Shown in pieces: positions 57,074 to 64,000 of a stretch of 64,000 bases of DNA (within the stretch, counting starts at the first letter, position 1; each line of letters opens with the position of its first letter). Where the stretch lies: contig JBKCHH010000005.1 of NCBI GenBank assembly GCA_046302855.1, positions 26 to 64,025 of the forward strand, given 5' to 3'. This DNA is from Alphaproteobacteria bacterium (lineage in GTDB: Bacteria > Pseudomonadota > Alphaproteobacteria > Rickettsiales > UBA8987). Below the pieces are notes generated by a model. The model searched no databases. It was not told where the DNA came from and saw only the letters and a program-made list of their open reading frames with translations. Made by a program: the position numbers and the translations under genes.

Positions 57074-57826
57074 CTAAAAAGGTGTAATTATATCAATAAC
57101 TTGGTTGCCAATTCTTGGTTGCTGAACATCTGAAATTAAGCCCCTACCACCGTAAGAGATTCTAGCCTCGGCTATTCTTTCCGCATCTACCGTATTTTGC
57201 GGAGTTATGTCATCTGGGCGAACCACCCCCTCTACTGTTAACTGCCTAATTTCGTTATTCACCCTAATTTCTTGTGAGCCATATATTACCAAATTGCCAT
57301 TATTAGTTACTTGGGTTACAACCGCTGCCACCTTAGTTTCAATCTTTTCTTGCCTACCAATTGAGCCTTCCCCCTTATTATCTAGGTTAGAGCTTTTGGA
57401 TAACAAATTAGAAGGGTCTGGCGTGCCGGGTAGATTTTTTATCAACAGATTATTTTCTGCACCAAATAGTTTTGGAATGCCAAGTTTATCAGATTCCTCC
57501 CTTGTTCTTTCTGTTTTATTGTTCAAATCTGCCTTATCTGAAATGGCAACATTTACGGTTAGAATATCGCCCGCATTTTTGGCTCTTTTATCGGCAAAAA
57601 ATTGCCTTGCCCCATCACTCCACAGGGAATTTTTCTTTATGTTTGCCTTATTATCTTGCTTGGCGGTGCTTGGCCACTTAATTGGCACGGAGGATTGCTT
57701 TTCATCTGGAATTTTAGATTCGCTCATCGGCGGAGCCTTGCCCACCCATTTTAGCCTATCTACCTGCGAAGATACGCATCCAGATAAAGATAAAGCTAGT
57801 AATATTGTTGCGGTAATAATTTTCAT
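57074..57826 (-). CDS. flgH: flagellar L-ring lipoprotein FlgH
   Basis: 250 aa. Lipobox LSLSGCVS. DKRAKNAGDILTVNV...NGNLVIYGSQEIRVNNEIRQLTVEGVVRPDDI. Confidence 0.9.
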   Translation of the reverse strand: MKIITATILLALSLSGCVSSQVDRLKWVGKAPPMSESKIPDEKQSSVPIKWPSTAKQDNKANIKKNSLWSDGARQFFADKRAKNAGDILTVNVAISDKADLNNKTERTREESDKLGIPKLFGAENNLLIKNLPGTPDPSNLLSKSSNLDNKGEGSIGRQEKIETKVAAVVTQVTNNGNLVIYGSQEIRVNNEIRQLTVEGVVRPDDITPQNTVDAERIAEARISYGGRGLISDVQQPRIGNQVIDIITPF

Positions 57827-58623
57827 AAGCTCTGTTCCTTTTCAATGCTTGCGGTTAAGTTATTAGCAGAAGAAAAAACGCTACCACTTCCATCTTCATT
57901 AATTTTCACCTTAATAATTTTGCCACTATCGATATTTTTTGCATCAATTATTTCACCAACTTCTGCATTTTTCATAGCCTGCAATTTGGTTTGAATGGTT
58001 ATATTGTTTGCCACATAAGTGCCAGTTATTACATCATTCTTTTTTACTAGAAATGGTCTAGTAAAATATATTGCCTTTAGCATCGCCCCTTCACGCACAG
58101 CACGGGAAGAGCTTTTGCCGATAATTTCATCTGAGGATAACATTATATCACCCCTAACCAATTTTTTTGGCATATCTGCAACCTTAATATCGCCTTCTCT
58201 TATCACTTCGCCTTTTTTAAATTCCCTTGCTAAAACAGGAACTTTAACTAATTGAACTACCCTGCCCTTTAGAGTAATTTCTTTATTTTCGCTATCTAAC
58301 ATTTCTGCCACGAACTCACCCTTTTTTTCGTTATAAGCTATATCTTTTAGCTGAAAGGTTTTGTTAGTGTTGCTGGCATTTTCTTCAAGGATTTTAAAAG
58401 GCACTAGATTGCTTTTACCCTTATAACTAAATCTTAACTGCGATAGTTTAAATTGATTATTGATATTAGGCACGCCCTTTTGGGTGGGGTTGATTTCTTC
58501 TAATTTCAGCAAAACTTCTGCTTGCAGAACTTCATTTAAATCTTCCAGTTTAAAATATTCCCCTTCCGCTTTTAGTTGAGTGAAGGAAAAAATTATAGCA
58601 AAAAATAATAGTAGCCTATTCAT
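57823..58623 (-). CDS. flgA: flagellar basal-body P-ring formation chaperone FlgA
   Basis: Start taken at Met24 of the tracked ORF (MNRLLLFF signal). C-terminal SAF-type segment LVKKNDVITGTYVANNITIQTKLQAMKNAEVGEIIDAKN. Confidence 0.75.
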   Translation of the reverse strand: MNRLLLFFAIIFSFTQLKAEGEYFKLEDLNEVLQAEVLLKLEEINPTQKGVPNINNQFKLSQLRFSYKGKSNLVPFKILEENASNTNKTFQLKDIAYNEKKGEFVAEMLDSENKEITLKGRVVQLVKVPVLAREFKKGEVIREGDIKVADMPKKLVRGDIMLSSDEIIGKSSSRAVREGAMLKAIYFTRPFLVKKNDVITGTYVANNITIQTKLQAMKNAEVGEIIDAKNIDSGKIIKVKINEDGSGSVFSSANNLTASIEKEQSL

Positions 58624-58631
58624 AAAAAATA

Positions 58632-59417
58632 TTAGTTTAATTGTGATACCCTTGCCAACATTTCGTCTGAACGCTTTAGTAGCTGAGAGCAAAATTCATA
58701 AACCCTTTGTGCCTTCATCATGTTGGTAATTTCATCCACTGAATTTACATTGGATGATTCTAAATAGCCCTGTTTTAACTCACCAAATCCGGGGTCGCCA
58801 GCAAAGCCTTGAATGGGGGCGCCACTAGTTGCAGTTTCTAAAAATAGATTGTCACCTTGAGCCTCTAACCCACCTTCATTTACAAAATTTACTATTGTAA
58901 TCTGCCCAATAATGGTATCTTGCACCTGCCCATTTACCTTGGCAGATACCACTCCTAAGTTATTGATGCTTACAGATATTGCTTCTGGTGGAATAGTAAT
59001 TCCAGGTTGAATTATATAACCTTCAGATGTTACCATTTCGCCATTTGCATTTACTGAAAAGCTCCCATCCCTTGTATAGGCCTCGGTTCCATCTGGTCTT
59101 TCTACAATAAAATAGCCTCTGCCATTTACGGCTAAATCGAACGGTCTATCAGTTTGCTGCAAGGCACCCTGCTCTAACCTTTTAGAAACAGCCACAGCCC
59201 TTACACCCAAACCAATCTGCAAGCCACTTGGAAGCAGGGTTTCATCTTGTGAAGAATCTGAACCAGTTCTCCTTAAATTTTGATATAATAAATCTGTAAA
59301 TTCCGCCCTACCCGCTTTAAAACCAGTAGTGTTGGAGTTGGCAATATTGTGCGAAATTACCTCGGTTAAAAGCTCTTGTGCTTTCATCCCTTGGGTTGCG
59401 GTGTTCATCGTTCTCAT
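58632..59417 (-). CDS. flgG: flagellar distal rod protein FlgG
   Basis: 261 aa. VISHNIANSNTTGFK, GYLESSNVN. GGGGAG RBS. Confidence 0.92.
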   Translation of the reverse strand: MRTMNTATQGMKAQELLTEVISHNIANSNTTGFKAGRAEFTDLLYQNLRRTGSDSSQDETLLPSGLQIGLGVRAVAVSKRLEQGALQQTDRPFDLAVNGRGYFIVERPDGTEAYTRDGSFSVNANGEMVTSEGYIIQPGITIPPEAISVSINNLGVVSAKVNGQVQDTIIGQITIVNFVNEGGLEAQGDNLFLETATSGAPIQGFAGDPGFGELKQGYLESSNVNSVDEITNMMKAQRVYEFCSQLLKRSDEMLARVSQLN

Positions 59418-59442
59418 AGTTTACTCCCCTTTTGGTTAATTA

Positions 59443-60282
59443 TTAATTTCCACCACCTAGCAAAACATCTATCGATTTTAATTGCAGGCGATGGTTATCT
59501 GCAACTAAACTGGCGATTGAGGTGGCATTTCTATTTACCTTCATCATCTCCGCCGTTTCAGAGATGGCACTTATATTTGAATCTTCAAGCATTCCTTGCG
59601 CCAAAACAAAATCTTCAAAAGCAGTGGCAACAGTTGGCTCTTCTTTTTTGTTGATGAACAGGCTAGAGGCAACCATTTCCATATTTAGTAAATTTTTGAA
59701 CTTAACAACTCTAAGCTGACCTCTATTTTCCCAAGCACCATTTATTCTAGAAGTTACCATTCCTTCATCTGATATTTGAATTTCTTGATCCTCCTCACCA
59801 AAGGTTATATCGCCACCTATGCTTAATATACTGTAGCCTTCTGCGTTTGTTAGCCTACCATCAGCAGAGATGGTAAAATTACCGTTTCTTGTATAGGCAT
59901 CTCCAAAGGGAGCCTTCACCACAAAAAATCCTTCGCCATTTATGGCAACATCTAGCTGTTTAGCAGTGGATTTAAGCGGACCTTGAGAAAAATCATTAAC
60001 GCCTGCGTAATCTTGCCCATAAGAAAGGGTGCGTTTGCCGTATCTAGTATTTAAATGTTTATATTCATTAAACATAACATTTTTCTGCTTAAAGCCAGAA
60101 GTATTGGCATTTGCCATATTGTTTGAAACAGTATCCAGCTGGTTATAAAGCCCAGATTGGCGAGAGATTCCAACATAAATAGCATTATCTGCTGCAAAAC
60201 TATTTATAGTATAGGTAAGCAGAATTAACGGAATAACAAAAAAATAGGCAAGATATTTTGTAGCTATTTTAGGTATCACCAT
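59443..60282 (-). CDS. flgF: flagellar proximal rod protein FlgF with ~31 aa hydrophobic N-terminal extension
   Basis: 279 aa. The rod-protein N-terminus DNAIYVGISRQ...NMANANTSGFK begins at residue 32. It is preceded by MVIPKIATKYLAYFFVIPLILLTYTINSFAA. Confidence 0.85.
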   Translation of the reverse strand: MVIPKIATKYLAYFFVIPLILLTYTINSFAADNAIYVGISRQSGLYNQLDTVSNNMANANTSGFKQKNVMFNEYKHLNTRYGKRTLSYGQDYAGVNDFSQGPLKSTAKQLDVAINGEGFFVVKAPFGDAYTRNGNFTISADGRLTNAEGYSILSIGGDITFGEEDQEIQISDEGMVTSRINGAWENRGQLRVVKFKNLLNMEMVASSLFINKKEEPTVATAFEDFVLAQGMLEDSNISAISETAEMMKVNRNATSIASLVADNHRLQLKSIDVLLGGGN

Positions 60283-60310
60283 AAGTAAAAACTATTGACC
60301 CTAGACTAAA

Positions 60311-60326
60311 GGCAATATCTGTGCCA
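60311..60326 (-). promoter_or_regulatory. sigma54 (RpoN)-type -24/-12 promoter upstream of flgF
   Basis: The minus strand reads TGGCAC-AGATA-TTGCC, matching TGGCAC-N5-TTGC. It lies 28 nt upstream of the flgF ATG and 18 nt after the preceding stop. Confidence 0.6.
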
Positions 60327-60343
60327 AAAAATTTATTCACATA

Positions 60344-60907
60344 CTACTCACACACCACCACCCTTTTATCGGTAATAATAACATCTAGTTTGTAATCATG
60401 CTCTTGTGGGCTAATGTGGTTGATTATTTGAAAATCATATGCCAAGCCAACCGCCACAATTTCTTCTACCTTGCTTAATGCCTGCAAGGTTGCATCATAG
60501 TAGCCACCGCCATAGCCAATTCTGTTGCCCTTTAAATCAACCGCAAGTAGAGGCACCAAAACTATATTCGGTAATAATAATGGCTTGGTAGATAAAGGCT
60601 CTGGAATTAGATGTTTAGCAGATTTGTATAATCTATCGCCCTTATTAAACTGCCTAAATTCTAGCAATTTAGAATTTTCAACTATTGCTGGGATGGAGGT
60701 TCTATAACCCATATCTTGCAATATTTCTATTATCAGTTCGCAACCAATTTCACCATTAATACTTGCGTAGCCTGCAACTGCGTCCCCTAACTCTAGCGGA
60801 AAATTGCCCATAAATTTAGAGGCAAGATTTCTTTCCATTAGCTTTCTTTGCTTATCATCCAAGGCTTTTCTTCTAGCCAAAATGGTTTGGCGGATTTTAC
60901 TTTTCAT
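60344..60907 (-). CDS. 5-formyltetrahydrofolate cyclo-ligase
   Basis: 187 aa. IRQTILARRKAL, LVPLLAVDLKGNRIGYGGGYYD. Confidence 0.8.
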   Translation of the reverse strand: MKSKIRQTILARRKALDDKQRKLMERNLASKFMGNFPLELGDAVAGYASINGEIGCELIIEILQDMGYRTSIPAIVENSKLLEFRQFNKGDRLYKSAKHLIPEPLSTKPLLLPNIVLVPLLAVDLKGNRIGYGGGYYDATLQALSKVEEIVAVGLAYDFQIINHISPQEHDYKLDVIITDKRVVVCE

Positions 60908-60949
60908 ATTACATATTGAATGGTATAAGTTAATTTTTAAACTTTACTC

Positions 60950-61930
60950 ATGCAACCTTTATTTAAACAGATAAAAATAGATAATATAACCTTGGCTAAT
61001 AATGTTATTCTAGCACCTATGAGTGGCGTTAGTGATAATCCTTTTAGAAGGTTAGTAAAGGGCTTTGGAAAATCTTTGGTGGTATCTGAAATGATAGCCT
61101 CTAGAGCGATGATTATGCAAACAAAAGAGTCTATGCAAAAGGCTCATTTCGATAAGACAGAATATCCCTCCAGTGTGCAATTAGCAGGGTGCGAGCCAGA
61201 TGTTATGGCAGAGGCCGCAAAACTAAATGAAGATATGGGAGCCTCTATTATAGATATTAACTTTGGTTGCCCTGTAAAAAAGGTGGTGAATGGGCATGCT
61301 GGCTCTGCCATGATGCGAGATGAAGCCAAGGCAAGGGAAGTGCTAGAGGCAACTGTAAAGGCGGTAAAAATTCCAGTAACTTTAAAAATGCGTATGGGGT
61401 GGGATTTTAATTCGCTAAATGCTCCAGTAATTGCCAAAATTGCCGAAGAGGTGGGGATAAAAATGCTTACCATCCACGGCAGAACAAGATCGCAAATGTA
61501 TGATGGCAAGGCCGATTGGAAGTTTATCCGCACTGTAAAAAATGCGGTAAAAATCCCTGTAATTGCCAATGGTGATATAAATTCCGTGCAGGACGCAGTG
61601 CAAGCATTAGAAGATTCTGGTGCAGATGGGGTAATGATTGGCAGGGGTGCTTACGGCAAGCCTTGGCTTATAAACAATATAGCCCATTATTTTGAAACAG
61701 GTGAGGTTTTGCCAGAACTAAGCAATCAAAGAAAAAAAGAAATTATTATAGAGCATTACACAGATATGCTTTCTTTCTACGGCACAGAACTTGGCGTTAG
61801 AATGGCAAGAAAACACCTGGGCTGGTATAGTGCTGGCATGCACTCCTCCGCTGATTTTCGATACAGAGTTATGAGAGAAGACTGCCCCACCAAGGTGAAG
61901 CAATATGTAGCTGAGTTTTTTAAGGATTAA
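60950..61930 (+). CDS. dusB: tRNA-dihydrouridine synthase B (NifR3 family)
   Basis: 326 aa. [31 protein letters not shown]. Confidence 0.9.
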   Translation: MQPLFKQIKIDNITLANNVILAPMSGVSDNPFRRLVKGFGKSLVVSEMIASRAMIMQTKESMQKAHFDKTEYPSSVQLAGCEPDVMAEAAKLNEDMGASIIDINFGCPVKKVVNGHAGSAMMRDEAKAREVLEATVKAVKIPVTLKMRMGWDFNSLNAPVIAKIAEEVGIKMLTIHGRTRSQMYDGKADWKFIRTVKNAVKIPVIANGDINSVQDAVQALEDSGADGVMIGRGAYGKPWLINNIAHYFETGEVLPELSNQRKKEIIIEHYTDMLSFYGTELGVRMARKHLGWYSAGMHSSADFRYRVMREDCPTKVKQYVAEFFKD

Positions 61931-62164
61931 AAATAGTTTTTACCACAAATCTCCCCAAAAAAACACATCTGTTAACTATTTATTAACTAAGTTTTTAGAA
62001 ACCATAATAAATACAATCATAGGTTGAAGAAAATGGGTGACGATGAACTGAGGCAAATTAGCAACATATCAACAATATTTAACCATCTTATTTAAAATCA
62101 CCCTTCCGCACTCAACTAAAAATTGTAATTTTGAATAACTAATAAAACAACAATAGGAGAGTTT

Positions 62165-62566
62165 ATGGAAGATAATTTTAACCTAAAGCACGAAAATTCT
62201 ACTGAATATGATTCTAAGCAAACAAGCCCAGAAACAGCCCTGTGGCGGGCGGTAATTACGCAGGCTTTAATGGACGCTGGCTCTTCCTCTAAAAAACAAG
62301 AAATGAACTATTCTAGGTATCATGCCAAATCTTGGTTGCAGGGCGATAGTAAAGATTTTGAACTAGTGTGTGATTTAGCAGGTTTAAACCCATATTATGT
62401 TTCTAAAAACTCTAAAAAGGCAATAGCGAAAAAATGCACTTGGCGAAAAACTAAAAAGGAAAAGGCTAGAAACTATATAAATATAATTACCCCAGATTCT
62501 ATTGATGGAATTATTACCATACCTATGCAGGCGGGGTTTCCTTCTGGTGCATCCGACGGGATTTGA
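62165..62566 (+). CDS. hypothetical phage-like protein; 3' end runs 22 nt into tRNA-Arg
   Basis: 133 aa, AGGAG RBS. The central [16 protein letters not shown]...[24 protein letters not shown] is of a kind seen in small prophage proteins (recognition by memory only). The last ~20 codons look like read-through. Confidence 0.4.
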   Translation: MEDNFNLKHENSTEYDSKQTSPETALWRAVITQALMDAGSSSKKQEMNYSRYHAKSWLQGDSKDFELVCDLAGLNPYYVSKNSKKAIAKKCTWRKTKKEKARNYINIITPDSIDGIITIPMQAGFPSGASDGI

Positions 62567-62621
62567 ACCCATAACCTTTGCCTTCGGAGGGCAATGCTCT
62601 ATCCAGTTAAGCTACGGATGC
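62545..62621 (-). tRNA. tRNA-Arg (anticodon CCG)
   Basis: 77 nt. Acceptor gcatccg/cggatgc, anticodon arm uugcc-cuCCGaa-ggcaa, T-loop ttcaaat, encoded CCA. Confidence 0.9.
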
Positions 62622-62672
62622 TTGGGTGTAGCGATAATAGCCCTTCAATAACCATAATTATAAAATAAATCT

Positions 62673-63080
62673 ATGATTACTTTATTCGGTAGCCTTATTG
62701 GCTTTTTTGGCTCAATAATTCCAGACATTGTAAAAATATTTCAAGATAGGCAAGATAAAAGGCACGAGCTTGAGATATTAAAGTTGCAAATTGAGCGAGA
62801 AAAAACCATCCACGGACAAAAGCTAGAGGCAATTTCTCAGCAGGCAGATATTGCAGAGGCGAAAGTTTTGTATCAAACCTATAAAACAGAAATAAAATGG
62901 GTGGACGCCCTAAATGGCACTGTTCGCCCTGTTATTGCCTATAGTTTCTTTTTTCTATACGCCTTTTTAAAAATTGAACTTAGCGATAATTTGTGGACTG
63001 AGGAGGACCAAGCCATCTTCGCCGGCATCATAAGTTTTTACTTTGGGCAAAGAAGCATGTGGAAAATGCGTGGAAGATAA
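62673..63080 (+). CDS. holin-like protein (3-TM, GTA/phage-release holin type)
   Basis: 135 aa. N-terminal IIPDIVKIF..RHELEILKLQIERE, central coiled region, hydrophobic RPVIAYSFFFLYAFL and IFAGIISFYFGQRS. Immediately precedes the lysozyme. Confidence 0.55.
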   Translation: MITLFGSLIGFFGSIIPDIVKIFQDRQDKRHELEILKLQIEREKTIHGQKLEAISQQADIAEAKVLYQTYKTEIKWVDALNGTVRPVIAYSFFFLYAFLKIELSDNLWTEEDQAIFAGIISFYFGQRSMWKMRGR

Positions 63081-63085
63081 GTTTT

Positions 63086-63517
63086 ATGAAAACCAACACT
63101 TACGGCATTGAAATTATTAAGCATTTTGAAGGGTTTTCTTCCACACCCTATCTATGCCCTGCGGGCTACAAAACTATTGGCTATGGGCATTTAATAAAAG
63201 CTAATGAAAACTTCACCAGTATTACTTTAACTGAAGCGGAAGAATTACTTATAAAAGATTTAAGAAAAGCAGAAAATTCCGTGATAAATTTAATCAATAC
63301 CACACTGCATGAAAATCAATTTTCCGCCCTTGTTTCCTTTGTATATAATTTAGGTGGCGGAGCCTTGCAAGGCTCAACCCTTCGGATGAAAATTAATCGT
63401 GGTGAAACAAATGTAGAAAATGAATTTTTAAAATGGGTATATGCCAATGGTAAAAAATTGCGTGGCTTACTAAACAGGCGTATTGCAGAAGCGGAATTAT
63501 TTGCTAAGATTGATTAA
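63086..63517 (+). CDS. GH24 phage-type lysozyme (endolysin)
   Basis: Start at ATG 63086, just after the holin stop. GIEIIKHFEGFSSTPYLCPAGYKTIGYGH, NQFSALVSFVYNLG. Confidence 0.8.
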   Translation: MKTNTYGIEIIKHFEGFSSTPYLCPAGYKTIGYGHLIKANENFTSITLTEAEELLIKDLRKAENSVINLINTTLHENQFSALVSFVYNLGGGALQGSTLRMKINRGETNVENEFLKWVYANGKKLRGLLNRRIAEAELFAKID

Positions 63518-63535
63518 GGTTAACTAAAAAATTCT

Positions 63536-64000
63536 ATGAAAATAATTTTTATGGGCACGCCAAACTTTGCCCGTAATATTTTAGAAACATTAATTTCTAA
63601 TAAAAAAAATATTGTTGCTGTCTATACGCAAGCTCCTAAGCCCGCTAAAAGGGGGCAGGAATTGCAAAAATCCCCCGTTCATCTATTGGCAGAAGAACGC
63701 AATTTGCAAGTTTTTACTCCGCAAAATTTAAAAAATGAGGCAGAAAATATAAAGGCAATATCGCCAGATATTATTTTAGTGGTAGCCTATGGCATGATTC
63801 TGCCAAAAGAGATTTTAGAAATACCAAAATTTGGCTGTTTTAATGTTCACCCCTCTCTACTACCCAGATGGCGCGGTGCTTCACCCATAGAACATACTAT
63901 TATGTATAGAGATGACTCTACTGCTTGTGCAATCATAAAAATGGAGCTAGGGCTTGATGTGGGCGATATAGTTTTGGAAGAAAAAATTCAATTGAATCAT
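63536..64000 (+). CDS. fmt: methionyl-tRNA formyltransferase (5' part, truncated by window end)
   Basis: MKIIFMGTPNFA..., VVAYGMILPKEIL, NVHPSLLPRWRGASPI. Confidence 0.9.
   Translation, partial: MKIIFMGTPNFARNILETLISNKKNIVAVYTQAPKPAKRGQELQKSPVHLLAEERNLQVFTPQNLKNEAENIKAISPDIILVVAYGMILPKEILEIPKFGCFNVHPSLLPRWRGASPIEHTIMYRDDSTACAIIKMELGLDVGDIVLEEKIQLNH

Noticed and set aside
57207-57866. 219-aa plus-strand ORF antisense to flgH. Similar long antisense ORFs: 26920..27315 in rpsE, 61144..61569 in dusB, 42307..42735 in htrA, 10770..11288 in ruvC, 19207..19581 across groES/groEL.
   Set aside because: Each lies opposite a gene with strong family motifs. They have Ser/Leu/Pro-rich, low-complexity translations and no RBS, which is typical of shadow ORFs.

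Overview
AT-rich alphaproteobacterial chromosome segment (a few hand-counted lines give roughly mid-30s % G+C). Gene content resembles a host-associated Rickettsiales/Holosporales-like organism that keeps flagellar genes; the taxon cannot be fixed from this window. Core content: tRNA-Gly, tuf and the S10-spc ribosomal operon (rpsJ to rplO, 25.7-37.3 kb, minus strand), groES/groEL, hflK-hflC-htrA, acpP-fabF, ruvC-ruvA, the flgF-flgG-flgA-flgH rod/ring block, scattered housekeeping genes and four tRNAs. Intergenic gaps carry at least eight copies of a 120-220 bp palindromic MITE/RPE-like element family with termini GTCATTGCGAG...CTCGCAATGAC. Items worth a second look: (1) a translationally coupled five-gene block at 50.4-56.3 kb, against the 3' end of tRNA-Ala and apparently more G+C-rich. 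It encodes a 4-TM His-bearing protein, a fatty-acid-hydroxylase-family enzyme, a GH3 amido synthetase, an enolase-superfamily MLE-type epimerase/racemase and a CocE/NonD lipoprotein hydrolase. It may be an undescribed acyl-amino-acid conjugate pathway. (2) Two G+C-rich, terminator-bounded small transcription units (about 15.5-15.95 kb and 45.0-45.37 kb) with unrelated bodies but a shared ~100 bp upstream module. (3) Ribosomal protein L22 with a ~100 aa N-terminal extension holding 28 His in 80 residues, plus Lys-rich tails on L23, L4, L29 and L30. (4) HtrA and PBP1A homologues whose catalytic motifs are replaced while the frames stay open. (5) A polytopic membrane protein with an embedded M23 peptidase domain, bracketed by repeat elements. 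(6) A holin-endolysin remnant around tRNA-Arg. All family calls come from reading motifs in the supplied translations; no database search was run.
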